Assembly: GCA_035300805.1 (NCBI GenBank)
Contig: DATGVB010000069.1
Coordinates: forward strand, 1-33,077
Direction: 5' to 3'
DNA: 33,077 nt
From: Tetragenococcus sp.
GTDB taxonomy: Bacteria > Bacillota > Bacilli > Lactobacillales > Enterococcaceae
Numbering within the stretch: position 1 is the first letter of the stretch; every line of letters starts with the position of its first letter. The notes under the pieces are model-generated. The model worked only from the letters and a program-made list of their open reading frames with translations. It was not told the origin of the DNA and did no database searches. Below, piece by piece: positions 9,353 through 19,742 of the stretch. The position numbers and the translations under genes are program-made.

Positions 9353-10231
9353 GTGAAAAATACTTTTTCTTTAAAAACTTTACGTGATTTGCTATTTATT
9401 ATCGTCGGTACTGCGATCCATGGATTTTCAATCGTATTTTTAAATATTCCTAATCAATTAGCCGATGGTGGTTTTAGTGGAATTACCCTAATTCTACGAG
9501 CACTTTTTAATTTTAATCCATCAACTACTACCTTGCTGTTAAATATTCCAGTCATTATGCTAGGTGGCAGGATCTTAGGTAAACGATCTTTTTATTATAC
9601 CATCTTAGGTACCTCGGCTTTGTCTTTTTGGCTAGCTTTCTGGCAGAATTTCTCTTTTTCAATTGATTTAGAGCATGATCTCTTGATTGCTGCTCTTTTA
9701 GCTGGTGTCTCAGGCGGGATCGGAGCTGGTTTAGTCTATAAAGTGGGGGCAACCACAGGCGGCAGTGATGTCATTGCCAGATTATTTGAAAAAAAATTGG
9801 GCATTCCTGTTGGTCGTACTTTATTTGGTTTTGATGTGATCGTATTAGCTTTTTCTTTAACATATATCAGTTTAAATAAAATGATGTATACTTTAATTTT
9901 TTCTTTTGTCTATTCTAAAATAATTGACACTGTAGTTGACAGCAGCTATTCGGCTAAAGGTATGCTGATCATGTCCGACAAATATGAAGAATTAGCTCAA
10001 GTACTCATTAAAGAACTCGAGCGCGGTCTTACTTATCTAGATAGTCAAGGCGGTTTTTCCAGGCAACCCAGAAAAATGATCTATATTGTCATAACACCAC
10101 GCGAAATTTCAACTGTCAAAGATATTATTGAAACAGTCGATCCACATGCTTTTGTTTCTATTATCAATGTCCATGACGTCCAAGGTGAAGGCTTTAGTTA
10201 CTTAAGACCTAAAATAAACCTTTTAAAATAA
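9353..10231 (+). CDS. YitT/YpjC family membrane protein
   Basis: LADGGFSG, LNIP, TTGGSD and C-terminal DPHAFV..GEGF motifs; GTG start with AGGAGG RBS. Confidence 0.92.
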   Translation: MKNTFSLKTLRDLLFIIVGTAIHGFSIVFLNIPNQLADGGFSGITLILRALFNFNPSTTTLLLNIPVIMLGGRILGKRSFYYTILGTSALSFWLAFWQNFSFSIDLEHDLLIAALLAGVSGGIGAGLVYKVGATTGGSDVIARLFEKKLGIPVGRTLFGFDVIVLAFSLTYISLNKMMYTLIFSFVYSKIIDTVVDSSYSAKGMLIMSDKYEELAQVLIKELERGLTYLDSQGGFSRQPRKMIYIVITPREISTVKDIIETVDPHAFVSIINVHDVQGEGFSYLRPKINLLK

Positions 10232-10240
10232 TTTTTTAAA

Positions 10241-10311
10241 ATAATATACGTACTTTTATCGTGACTCCGTTGATTGTTAGCATAATATACGTACTTTTAT
10301 TGTGACTCCGT
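10241..10311. repeat. Two 30-bp direct repeats (1 mismatch) separated by 11 bp
   Basis: ATAATATACGTACTTTTAT(C/T)GTGACTCCGT at 10241-10270 and 10282-10311; spacer TGATTGTTAGC. Confidence 0.95.
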
Positions 10312-10321
10312 GCTTTTTGGC

Positions 10322-10360
10322 AAAAAAAGAGGCTGGAAAAAACTTCCAGTCCATTTTTTT
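10322..10360. terminator. Bidirectional terminator between yitT and ypiB
   Basis: AAAAAAAGAGGCTGGAA...TTCCAGTCCATTTTTTT. Confidence 0.75.
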
Positions 10361-10919
10361 AGTTTTTATTTTCTACTTGTTTTTTACTTATTAAGCAATT
10401 CACTTCTTCAGAAAGGTGCATGAATAACTCTGGGTCATCATCTTCTAAGGCCTGATTGATCTGCTGATAAAGCTGATGAATCTTAGCTTCTTTATTTAAT
10501 TCATCAAAATACGCATCTACACGCTGCCAGGTATCTTCATCAATACTGTCATTCCAGCTGCAATAAGGATTATCTTCTAAAACAGCTAAATAAAGATCAT
10601 TGCCCCAAGCGTGACTAAAGGCGCATTCTATATATAATGGTTCTTGCCAATTTAAGCGTATCTCATGAAAAATTTGTTCACTATCGTTAAAAATTTCACC
10701 ATCAAGATTTAAAGAAATCGGCTCCCCATAAAAACATTGGCAACATAGGATGATCCCTCTTGGTGTTGTATTTGCTTTTTCTACAAAATGGACATTTTTT
10801 AAAATCGACTCATGATTTGCCAAGTAATTTAAAACCCATGAAACTTCTCTTTTGGCAAAAGATTCGTGTGAAACCAACCAATTTAAAAACCTTTTCTTAT
10901 CTAATGTTGAGACTTCCAT
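10359..10919 (-). CDS. ypiB: YpiB/UPF0302 (ReoY-family) protein with C-terminal IDEAL-like motif
   Basis: [37 protein letters not shown] and INQALE motifs; follows the TPR gene as in ypiA-ypiB. Confidence 0.88.
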   Translation of the reverse strand: MEVSTLDKKRFLNWLVSHESFAKREVSWVLNYLANHESILKNVHFVEKANTTPRGIILCCQCFYGEPISLNLDGEIFNDSEQIFHEIRLNWQEPLYIECAFSHAWGNDLYLAVLEDNPYCSWNDSIDEDTWQRVDAYFDELNKEAKIHQLYQQINQALEDDDPELFMHLSEEVNCLISKKQVENKN

Positions 10920-10923
10920 CTCG

Positions 10924-12189
10924 TCACCATCCTTCTGATTCTGATAAATCTGCTAAAAGTGAACTAATTTCCATATCTCCAGGTTCGTGTTCTAAATAAT
11001 GTGATAAATATTGTTTAGCTTCTTTTAAGCGCCCTTCCTCGCGTAAAAAGATCCCATATTCTTTCATAAAGTCAACTTCATGTGATAACTCTTTGCTTGC
11101 AAGAGCATAATACTCACTAGCTTTTTCAAATTCTTCTAATTCATTATAAACATGAGCTAAATTCCAAAGAGCATAAGGATGATCCTTTTCTTCCATTTTC
11201 TCAATGGTTTTAATTACATCTTCAAAACGTTCCTCATTGAGATAAAGATTACTTAAAGTAAGTAAGCTTTCATCCGTTTTCTCACCTAATTTCAAAGCTT
11301 GCAGCAAAAAATCCTCGGTTTTTTTTATATCATGCAGGCGATAGCTGTTTTCAGCTGCAAAATGAAACAAAGCTACCTGATAAGGATCTTCTTTAATACC
11401 TGCTTCAATCACTTCCTGAGCTTCTTCTACCTGTTCTTCTTCCTGCAGGCTTTCAGCTAAAGGTAAGTACAGTGCTTGATAATGAGGATTTAACTCCCGT
11501 AATTCTTTTAAATAAGAAATTGTCTGATCGTTGTCTTTTAATTGACGATATACAAAAGCCGTCTGGAATAATCTTTCATCTGTATGACCTGCTTGTAAAG
11601 CTGCTGTTAAATGCTCAATAGCTTCTTCAAATTTTCCTATCAAGCTAAGGCTTGTTCCTAAACGTTCTTGTAAAGAAACATTATTGATGGCAGTTTCTCC
11701 TTTAGCAAGCAAACGATGATAAATAAATTGTGCTTCATCAAACTTATTGATAGAAAAATATAACTCCGCCAAGGCAAATTCAATCAGAGACTCATCAGGC
11801 AAGATGCGTGCAGCCTCTTTTAGTTTGGCTTCACTTACTTCAGTCATTCCTAAAACTTGATATAAATCAGCTAAAATCAATAATGCCTGTGGGTAAATAT
11901 CATCTTCTTTAGGTATTTCTTGCAATAATTCTAAAGCTTCATCCGTCTGATCATTTTCAATTGCTATTTCGGCTAGCGGTAAATTCATATCCAAAATATC
12001 CGGATAACGTTTCCTTAATGTTTCAAAAGCTTCCTTTGCTTCTGCTAAAAAGCCTAATGATAAAAGAGTTTCACCCAATTCTGCCAAAACATCTGCCTCA
12101 TCTTTTTTTAGAGCCTGAGCTAGTTCTAATTGAGCTTGAACGAGATCCTCTTTTTCTAAAGCAGCAAGCATCTTTTCGCTATGTGTCAT
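10924..12189 (-). CDS. ypiA: Tetratricopeptide repeat protein (YpiA-like)
   Basis: Multiple TPR-like helical repeats, LADLYQ..G..EVSEAKL and YGIFLREEG motifs; ATG at 12189 with GAGGG RBS overlapping the upstream stop. Confidence 0.88.
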   Translation of the reverse strand: MTHSEKMLAALEKEDLVQAQLELAQALKKDEADVLAELGETLLSLGFLAEAKEAFETLRKRYPDILDMNLPLAEIAIENDQTDEALELLQEIPKEDDIYPQALLILADLYQVLGMTEVSEAKLKEAARILPDESLIEFALAELYFSINKFDEAQFIYHRLLAKGETAINNVSLQERLGTSLSLIGKFEEAIEHLTAALQAGHTDERLFQTAFVYRQLKDNDQTISYLKELRELNPHYQALYLPLAESLQEEEQVEEAQEVIEAGIKEDPYQVALFHFAAENSYRLHDIKKTEDFLLQALKLGEKTDESLLTLSNLYLNEERFEDVIKTIEKMEEKDHPYALWNLAHVYNELEEFEKASEYYALASKELSHEVDFMKEYGIFLREEGRLKEAKQYLSHYLEHEPGDMEISSLLADLSESEGW

Positions 12190-12197
12190 GATATCCC

Positions 12198-13235
12198 TCA
12201 AATCTCTGAAATAATTCGTTGATAATAATCCATTGCTCTCAATAATGACTTTTCATCAGCTAAGTGGTTTTTTCCTAAATGACCGATTTTAGTCAGTGTC
12301 GACAATGAAACTTCTTTTTGTAAGCTAGCTAGCTGTTCTAAATAATCTCCAATTAAGAATTGGCTAGGCAAATTTAATGGATAGCCTAAGTCTTTTAACC
12401 ACTGCATAAAAGCACTAAGCGGAAAGTCAAGGTCAAAAGTGACAACATTCCAAAAAAGCTGAAATAAAAAGGCTAAAAAACGTTTCATATAAGCCGATAG
12501 CAAATGTCCATTTTCAGTCAGATAAAAAGCTTTTTCAAAAAGTTTGCCAAAATCAGCAATGGGCACTGCATTTTTTTCATATGACTTTACTGCAGGAGAG
12601 ATAAAAGCAGTTAAGGATGCCGTTGTTAAGTTCTTTTTTGTCGGAAAAACTTGATATAATTCTCGCAGTAAAGAACCATCTGTCAGCACAGCAATTTGAA
12701 TAAAAGATTGTAAATCAACTAGCTTACCTTCATTTTGCTTTTGAACAATCGTTTGATCTAAAAATAACTGACTGGGTAAATTTTTTTGTAGCATCACAGG
12801 ATGATAGGGGTTTTGCCAAATAATTTTATTTTCTGATAAAGCTGTAAACATCGCACTAAAAGATGGCGCAACGACCCAATAATCAGCATCAAGTAAGATA
12901 TTTTTCTGTAAAAATCCGGTTAACTCTACAACTCCCTCATTGCCAAAAGCAAGCAAAAGATATTTTGCACTTGGAGGAAACTGACTCAAAAAAATGAGAA
13001 CTTCCTTTAATTCATCCAAATTATTACAGTAAAGCTGATTACGACAAATATAACAGTCGATTTTATTTTCAGGAAACGATTGTTCTATTTTCTGAAAAAA
13101 ACGATCATAGTAGCGCTGGTTGGTTAAAACGATCACATGCTGGTCTTGTAAAACATAACTCTTAACACTGCTAGTTAAGAGTTCACCGTAATTGATCTGG
13201 CTATGAAGCTTTGAGCGTTCAAAAAGCAGCTTCAT
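12198..13235 (-). CDS. Divergent 3-dehydroquinate synthase (AroB)-fold protein, catalytic motifs absent
   Basis: About 345 aa; aligns by eye to Firmicute AroB (LLLAFGNEGVVELTGF vs IIAVGGGxxGDxAGF; FMQWLKDLGYPL vs YxQYLxQLGYPL) but lacks GGG, PTT/DSSVGGK, KN and GHTxGH; ATG at 13235 with GGGGG RBS. Confidence 0.7.
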   Translation of the reverse strand: MKLLFERSKLHSQINYGELLTSSVKSYVLQDQHVIVLTNQRYYDRFFQKIEQSFPENKIDCYICRNQLYCNNLDELKEVLIFLSQFPPSAKYLLLAFGNEGVVELTGFLQKNILLDADYWVVAPSFSAMFTALSENKIIWQNPYHPVMLQKNLPSQLFLDQTIVQKQNEGKLVDLQSFIQIAVLTDGSLLRELYQVFPTKKNLTTASLTAFISPAVKSYEKNAVPIADFGKLFEKAFYLTENGHLLSAYMKRFLAFLFQLFWNVVTFDLDFPLSAFMQWLKDLGYPLNLPSQFLIGDYLEQLASLQKEVSLSTLTKIGHLGKNHLADEKSLLRAMDYYQRIISEI

Positions 13236-13430
13236 CCTATTTCCCCCATCCACTCATATAGTAGTATTGTAACACGAACTTTCATCGTTGAGAAGCCTTC
13301 TCAGTTATAAAAATAAAATTAATTACAATAAAAATCATTTTTCACAGACTATAGTGTTTATAATTCAAACTACTTTAGTCAAACAAAAAAAGAACTGTCT
13401 TTTTTTACAGCTCTTTTAAATATTTATAAC

Positions 13431-13459
13431 AAAAGAACCCCTGTCAGACAAGGGTTCTT
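13431..13459 (-). terminator. hup intrinsic terminator
   Basis: AAGAACCC-CTGTC/GACA-AGGGTTCTT stem with T tail on the minus strand; a second weaker hairpin lies at about 13386-13417. Confidence 0.75.
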
Positions 13460-13468
13460 GAATCAAAA

Positions 13469-13744
13469 CTATTTTACTGCATCTTTCAATGCTTTACCAG
13501 GTTTAAACGCTGGTACCTTACTTGCTGGAATTTGAATTTCTTCTCCTGTTTGCGGATTACGCCCTTTACGTGCTGCACGAGAACGTACTTCAAAGTTACC
13601 AAATCCGATCAATTGAACTTTTTCTCCTTTAGCAAGAGAATCTTGAATTGATGAAAATACAGCATCTACTGCTGCAGTTGCGTCTTTTTTAGTTAAGTCA
13701 GTCGCTGCTGCAACTTTTTCGATTAATTCTGCCTTGTTTGCCAT
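13469..13744 (-). CDS. hup: DNA-binding protein HU (91 aa)
   Basis: MANKAELI...[32 protein letters not shown]; real start at 13744 with GGAGGTG RBS. Confidence 0.97.
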   Translation of the reverse strand: MANKAELIEKVAAATDLTKKDATAAVDAVFSSIQDSLAKGEKVQLIGFGNFEVRSRAARKGRNPQTGEEIQIPASKVPAFKPGKALKDAVK

Positions 13745-13971
13745 GGATGGATTCACCTCCTGAAAATTTGATGGTAATTTGCTAATCTGCACGCTTCTTG
13801 AGTGGTCCAAAAAGACGTGGTAAATATTGATTTTTCGAATCAACATTCTGATAATACGTTATCACAAGAATCTTTTAATATCAAGGATTTTCGCTATTTT
13901 AGCAAGGTTTTTTTGCTAATTTAACAAAAAATATCTTCCTTTGTAAAAAAGAATGAATTATGATACAATCA

Positions 13972-15282
13972 TCATTTTCGCTTACGTGGAATAATTCGAA
14001 TCGGCGTAGCTTCAAAACCAAAAGCAGCACGAATCTGATTCTCTAAAAACCGCTCATAAGAAAAATGCATTAGTTTTTCATCGTTAACAAAAATAACAAA
14101 GGTAGGCGGTTTAACCGTTACTTGTGTGGCATAAAAAATCTTCAAGCGACGTCCCTTATCTGTAGGTGTAGGATTCATTGCAACAGCATCCATGATCACG
14201 TCATTCAGGATCGAAGAAGGCACACGCAAATTTTGATTCATACTTGCTTGTTCGATCAGTTCTGGCAAGTGATTTAAACGTTGTTTAGTCACCGCTGAAA
14301 CAAATACGATCGGAGCATAATCTAGATACAGAAACTCATCTCTGATCTTCTTTTCAAACTCTTTCATGGTCTGAGTTTGTTTTTTTAATAGATCCCACTT
14401 GTTAACCACAATGATCACTGCGCGACCTGCTTCATGGGCAAACCCTGCAATTTTTTTATCTTGTTCGCGAATCCCTTCTTCTGCATTTAAAATTACTAAA
14501 ACGACATCTGAACGGTCAATTGCCGTCATCGCCCGCATCACGCTGTATTTTTCGGTCTTTTCGTAAACCTTACCACGCTTACGCATACCCGCTGTATCGA
14601 TCATAGTAAACTCTTGTTCAGCTTCATTTACAAAATGAGTATCCACAGCATCTCTGGTCGTACCTGCGATATCTGATACGATCACACGCTCTTCTCCTAA
14701 TAAAGCATTAACCAAAGAGGATTTCCCCACATTCGGTCTGCCAATCAAACTGAAGCGGATCGAGTTGTCATCCATTTCTTCAGATTGTCTCGGAAAGTTC
14801 TTTACTACTTCATCTAATACATCTCCCAAACCGATACCATGGCTGCCGGAAATAGGAAATGGATCTCCTAAACCCAGCGAGTAAAAATCATAAATTTCTG
14901 TTCTTAATTCAGGATTATCTACCTTATTTACAGCTAAAACCACAGGCTTATTGCATTTATATAAAATATTTGCCACTAATTCATCTGCTTCAGTGATTCC
15001 TTCGCGAATACTCGTGATAAAAAGAATAACATCTGCTTCTTCAATTGCAATTTCTGCCTGAAACTTGATCTGATTTTTAAAAGGTTCATCGCTTAGATCG
15101 ATCCCGCCAGTATCAATCAAGTTAAATTCATGGGTCAACCATTCACCCTTGGCATAAATGCGATCACGTGTTACCCCTGGAGTATCTTCTACAATTGAAA
15201 TACGCTGGCCAACAATTCGGTTAAATATGGTGGATTTACCGACATTGGGACGTCCTACAATTGCTAATGTTGGATTGATCAT
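13972..15282 (-). CDS. der: Ribosome biogenesis GTPase Der (EngA)
   Basis: Two GRPNVGKS G-domains, DTGG/DTAG, NKxD, KH-like C-terminus. Confidence 0.98.
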   Translation of the reverse strand: MINPTLAIVGRPNVGKSTIFNRIVGQRISIVEDTPGVTRDRIYAKGEWLTHEFNLIDTGGIDLSDEPFKNQIKFQAEIAIEEADVILFITSIREGITEADELVANILYKCNKPVVLAVNKVDNPELRTEIYDFYSLGLGDPFPISGSHGIGLGDVLDEVVKNFPRQSEEMDDNSIRFSLIGRPNVGKSSLVNALLGEERVIVSDIAGTTRDAVDTHFVNEAEQEFTMIDTAGMRKRGKVYEKTEKYSVMRAMTAIDRSDVVLVILNAEEGIREQDKKIAGFAHEAGRAVIIVVNKWDLLKKQTQTMKEFEKKIRDEFLYLDYAPIVFVSAVTKQRLNHLPELIEQASMNQNLRVPSSILNDVIMDAVAMNPTPTDKGRRLKIFYATQVTVKPPTFVIFVNDEKLMHFSYERFLENQIRAAFGFEATPIRIIPRKRK

Positions 15283-15461
15283 TTTTTCACCTCCAATTTT
15301 AGTTGCTTGACATAATTACTATACAAGCTCTTTATCATTTAACTTCATTAGTTTAACCAAGGAAACTATTTCTTGCAAGCATTCTAATAAAAAAGAAAAA
15401 ATTTTTCATTTTTTATGAAAAAATCATCTAACTTTTATTTAAAAACTGACTAAATAATTTC

Positions 15462-15492
15462 AAAAGAAAAGGACTGCCCAGAGCAGCCCTTA
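15462..15492 (-). terminator. rpsA terminator
   Basis: AAGGACTGC...GCAGCCCTT stem followed by TTTTCTTTT on the minus strand. Confidence 0.65.
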
Positions 15493-15507
15493 CTAATAAA
15501 AAATTGT

Positions 15508-16721
15508 TTATTCTTGATCTTCATCGTCTAATGTTTTACCTAAAAGATCACCCATGGTAAAACCAGAGCCATCCTCGTCATCATGATATTCTTCTACTGG
15601 TTCTGCTTTTTCTTCTTCAACTTCAGGTTTTTCTTCCAAAGCTTTAATGCTCAAAGCAACCCGTCTTTCTTCAGGTTTTACATCTAGAACTTTTACTTTG
15701 ATCTGATCGCCTTCAGTCAAGACCTCATGTGGTGTTGCAATGTGTTTATGTGAAATTTGTGAGATATGAACTAAACCTTCAACACCAGGGAAGATTTCTA
15801 CAAAGGCGCCAAAGCTTGTCAGACGTTTAACTGTTCCATCTAATACACTGCCTTTAGGGGCTTTTTCTTCAATATCATCCCAAGGTCCAGGCAAGGTATC
15901 CTTAATTGATAAAGAAACCCGTTCTCTAGTTGGGTCGACTGATAAAACAGCCACATTCACTTTGTCACCAACATTTAAAACATCGCTTGGCTTACCTACG
16001 TGAGCATGAGAAATTTCAGAAACATGGACTAATCCGTCAATGCCGCCCAAATCAATAAAAGCACCAAAATCAGTCAAGCGAGCAACTGTTCCTTCAATAA
16101 CATCACCTTCGTGAATAGATTCAAGTAAAGCTGCCTTTTTCTTTTCTTTGTCTGCTTCAACAACTGCTTTATGTGATAAAATCAAACGATTTTCAGAAGG
16201 TTCGATTTCGATGATATTAAAAGTTAAAGTTTTTCCTTTGTATTCACTAAAGTCTTCTACAAAATAGTCTTCTACCATAGAAGCCGGTACAAAACCACGT
16301 ACACCTACATCTACAACTAAACCACCTTTTACGACATTAGTAACAGGTGCTTCGATGACTTCACCATTTTGAAATTTAGCTTCAATTTCTTCCCAGACCT
16401 TTTTGGCATCTAAGCGACGTTTGGAAAGTAAATAACTGCCATTTTCTTTATCTTTGCCAATTGAAGAAATAACCACTAAGTCGAGCATATCGCCAACTTT
16501 CACGATTTCATTGATATCTTCTATAGGTGATGTAGATAATTCTTTGGCAGGAACGACACCCTCAACTCCTGTACCTTCAATTCCGATGACGGCTTGTCGA
16601 TCTTCAATAGCCAGCACCTCACCTTTAACAATATCACCGACTTTTACTTCGTAAAAGCGTTTAATGCGTCTTCCATTGTTTCGCCGTTTTCTTCAAAATT
16701 CTTTTTTTCAATATCTGTCAT
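15508..16721 (-). pseudogene. rpsA: 30S ribosomal protein S1 (four S1 domains) with a 1-nt frameshift near codon 23 (real or assembly error)
   Basis: ATG at 16721 with AGGAGG RBS reads MTDIEKKNFEENGETMEDALNAFTK-stop (stop at 16644-16646); the S1 sequence EVKVGDIVKGEVLAIED continues in the -1 frame into ORF 15508..16617; one extra base gives 404 aa; cmk-rpsA-der context. Confidence 0.85.
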
Positions 16722-16917
16722 TACATATGTCCTCCTAACCAACGATTTAAAAGCACTACACATATCATAGTGTATGCTATTACTGAAAAAAAATAAAGCG
16801 ATTTCTGTTTAATTCCCTATAAAAATTCAACTTTACCCATCTTTTATCTATTCTACCAGTATTTAAGCATTTATTCAAATCAGGATAAAAATAAATTATC
16901 ATTTAACGCCAAGTGCT

Positions 16918-17589
16918 TTACGACATCTTTTCACTGATGATCTGTCTAATTTTACTGACTACCTGCTCAATTGTCAAACCAGTAGTATCAAGCAAAACAG
17001 CATCGTCTGCCTGTTTTAACGGTGAAGAACTGCGATGGGAATCCGTATAGTCTCTTTGCTCGATTTCTTTTTTTAAGGTAGTAAAGTCAGTCGCGATCCC
17101 TTTTGCCTGATTTTCTTTAAAACGGCGTTGCGCACGTTCACTGGCAGAAGCAACTAAGAAGATCTTAACTTCTGCTTGTGGTAATACGACTGTACCTATA
17201 TCACGTCCATCCATCACCACTCCACCATTGTCAGCAATTTTTTGTTGCCTGATTACCAATTCTTTTCTGACTAACGGAAAAGCAGATACTTCAGACACAT
17301 TATTTGTCACTTCAGGTTGACGGATTTTATCGGTCACATCTTCATCGGCTAAAAATACTAGTTGCCGCTCTTTTGCCTGACAGAAAGTAATCGGGTATTG
17401 CTGGATCAGCTTAACTAAAGCATGCTCATCATTAAAAGAAACCTGATATTTAATGGCAGCATAGGTCACACAGCGGTACATCGCCCCAGTATCTGTATAA
17501 ATATAGGCTAGATCTTCTGCAATAATCTTGGCAACGGTGCTTTTGCCTGAGGAGGCCGGCCCATCAATTGCAATATTTATTTTCTTCAT
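16918..17589 (-). CDS. cmk: Cytidylate kinase
   Basis: [29 protein letters not shown] motifs. Confidence 0.97.
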   Translation of the reverse strand: MKKINIAIDGPASSGKSTVAKIIAEDLAYIYTDTGAMYRCVTYAAIKYQVSFNDEHALVKLIQQYPITFCQAKERQLVFLADEDVTDKIRQPEVTNNVSEVSAFPLVRKELVIRQQKIADNGGVVMDGRDIGTVVLPQAEVKIFLVASASERAQRRFKENQAKGIATDFTTLKKEIEQRDYTDSHRSSSPLKQADDAVLLDTTGLTIEQVVSKIRQIISEKMS

Positions 17590-17697
17590 GCTGTCTCTCC
17601 CTTATTCAAAAATAATTAGGAATTAGTCTATTAAGCTAATCCCCAACTATTCTCACTTCTTATTGCTTTTAGAATTAAGTAAACAACTTATTGTTGA

Positions 17698-18276
17698 TTA
17701 TTTAATTCTTAATTGATCCCCCGGATTGATATGAAAAGTATCAACTGTTGTATTATTTAATTCAGCTAGTTCTTCTGCTGTCATGCCATAACGAGCAGCT
17801 ACTTGCTGTAAGCCATCACCTGCTTGTACAGTAGCATATTGTCCATCTGTTTGAGAATCCTGATCATCTTGATCTGTTTCCTTATTTTGTTCATTATCAT
17901 CTGCGACAACTTCTGACGATGAACTTTTTGAAGTGGTTGACTCTGTCGTACTTTCTTCAGAACTTTCTTTCGTCGTTGAAGTTTCTTTGGTTGATGATTC
18001 TTTTTCTTTGGTCGTAGTTGAAGTTGTCGTCGTTGTAGTTTGTTCTGTCTTAACGGCAGTATCGTTATTATTTTTTTTATTTACCACCCAAATGCCTGCT
18101 ATAGTCGGAATGGCAACAATCAAAGCCAACAATAAAACAACGATCGTCAAAAAAGTGCTACTTCCTTTTTTTTGTTGACGTTTTTGTGACCGAGAGATAT
18201 TTTCGGGATCCTCCTCTTCATAAATTGGTTGCTCCCATGGTTCTTGTTCGTTTTTGTGTCTATCTTTTCTACTCAC
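17698..18276 (-). CDS. Membrane-anchored LysM protein (YpbE-like)
   Basis: EPWEQ motif, TM helix, Thr/Ser/Glu linker, C-terminal LysM (YATVQAGDG...INPGDQLRIK); likely GTG start at 18276 with AGGGGG RBS. Confidence 0.87.
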   Translation of the reverse strand: MSRKDRHKNEQEPWEQPIYEEEDPENISRSQKRQQKKGSSTFLTIVVLLLALIVAIPTIAGIWVVNKKNNNDTAVKTEQTTTTTTSTTTKEKESSTKETSTTKESSEESTTESTTSKSSSSEVVADDNEQNKETDQDDQDSQTDGQYATVQAGDGLQQVAARYGMTAEELAELNNTTVDTFHINPGDQLRIK

Positions 18277-18362
18277 TGCTTGATACCCCCTATTATCTTT
18301 CCGCTGTATTATATCATAGGCTAACCTCAATTGTCTTCTTAAATTAACAGGAAAAAAGTATG

Positions 18363-19742
18363 TTAAAACATTTTTAGTAAAATACTCTGCCAGCTTTTTA
18401 GCTCAACTGTCTGTTTTCTTTCAGTCACTTTTTTTAAGCTGGGTGAATAACCATGAAAATCACAACAATTATGTGGTACATCGACTAAAGCTTCATCAAA
18501 ATAAGACAAGATAAAACGCCGTCGACAAGATGAACAATGAATATAAGCTAACATCACTTGTAATTTTTGTTCTTTATTTTGCTCATTTTTTATCAACTGC
18601 TGTAAAAAGGTAGCCAGTCCTGTCCGATGGCTTTGTTTCAGCCATTTCTGCTGTAGTTCTGACATTTGCTTTTCTTGTTTTTGAGCTATCCTAAAGCTGA
18701 AGAGTTCTCTTTCTTCAATTGCTTGCTGTTGCATAAAATAATGTATATTTTCATCATTTTTCTGATAAAATAAAATAGCATCACTCGGATATCCATCACG
18801 ACCACTCCGGCCGATTTCCTGTAGGTAGTTTTCCAGACTATCCGGCAGATCATAATGAATGACTTGTCGGATATCCGGCTTATCTACTCCCATACCAAAA
18901 GCATTCGTACAAATCAAAAATTGTAGCTTATTATTGATAAACTGATCCTGCAGTATTTTCCTTTGACTGCTGTCAAGCCCCCCATGATAGTAACCTACAG
19001 AGAACATATTCTTTAATTGATAATACAGTTCTTCTACTTTTTTCCTAGTCGCACAATAAATAAGCCCTGCTTTGCTGTTGGCAGATAAATATTTTTTTAA
19101 TTCAGTAAATTTATCTTGTGTTTTAATAACCGTTAAAGAAATATTAGGGCGGTCAACTGAGTAGCAGAAACTCTGTTGTTTAGCTCCTAATAATAAATCT
19201 CCAATTTCTTTTTTTACAACAGTTGTTGCTGTAGCAGTCAGGGCAAGCGTAAGCGGATTTTGCAGCTGTTTTTTAGCATAGCTTAAATTACGATACTCAG
19301 GTCGAAAATCGATACCCCATTGTGAGATACAGTTCGCCTCATCGACTACTAATAAGCTGATCTTTAGCTGTTTAAAGTGCTGCAATACTTCTGGCTGTAA
19401 TAACATTTCCGGACTCAGAAAAAGAAATTTATAAGAATTTAAACGCTGAAAAACATACTTGCGTTCAGCCAAAGTCAACTGGCTGTTAATAATCGCAGCC
19501 TGCTTAATACCGGCTTTTTGTAAAGCCAGCAATTGGTCTTCCATTAGAGAAATCAGAGGCGTTATAATCACTACTGTGCCCTCCATTAAATACGCAGTTA
19601 ACTGATAACAAAGGCTTTTGCCTGTCCCTGTGGGTAAGACAGCCAAAGTATCATAACCTGCAAGCAGTGACTGGATAACCTCTTTTTGACCGGGGCGAAA
19701 ACTTTTATACTGAAAATAATGAAATAACGCATCTTCTAGCAT
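18363..19742 (-). CDS. recQ: RecQ-family helicase (short RecS-type)
   Basis: FRPGQ, PTGTGKSLCYQ, SPE, DEAN (motif II variant), DFRPEY, LTATA, AFGMGVDK, QEIGRSGRDG, CRR/CCD Zn site; no HRDC; start 19742 or 19763. Confidence 0.92.
   Translation of the reverse strand: MLEDALFHYFQYKSFRPGQKEVIQSLLAGYDTLAVLPTGTGKSLCYQLTAYLMEGTVVIITPLISLMEDQLLALQKAGIKQAAIINSQLTLAERKYVFQRLNSYKFLFLSPEMLLQPEVLQHFKQLKISLLVVDEANCISQWGIDFRPEYRNLSYAKKQLQNPLTLALTATATTVVKKEIGDLLLGAKQQSFCYSVDRPNISLTVIKTQDKFTELKKYLSANSKAGLIYCATRKKVEELYYQLKNMFSVGYYHGGLDSSQRKILQDQFINNKLQFLICTNAFGMGVDKPDIRQVIHYDLPDSLENYLQEIGRSGRDGYPSDAILFYQKNDENIHYFMQQQAIEERELFSFRIAQKQEKQMSELQQKWLKQSHRTGLATFLQQLIKNEQNKEQKLQVMLAYIHCSSCRRRFILSYFDEALVDVPHNCCDFHGYSPSLKKVTERKQTVELKSWQSILLKMF

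Noticed and set aside
10270-10302. Chromosomal dif site
   Set aside because: Only an XerD-like arm and spacer; no XerC arm, and gene orientation bias does not switch here
10241-10311. Mini CRISPR array
   Set aside because: Only two repeats, the 11-bp spacer is far too short, and there are no cas genes in the window
15305-15329. dif-like palindrome GCTTGACATAATTACTATACAAGC upstream of der
   Set aside because: Arm spacing is about 3 bp rather than 6; more likely a leader hairpin or chance
17900-18045. Repetitive Thr/Ser/Glu-coding stretch as a tandem repeat or contingency locus
   Set aside because: Ordinary low-complexity linker of a LysM surface protein with no exact repeat unit
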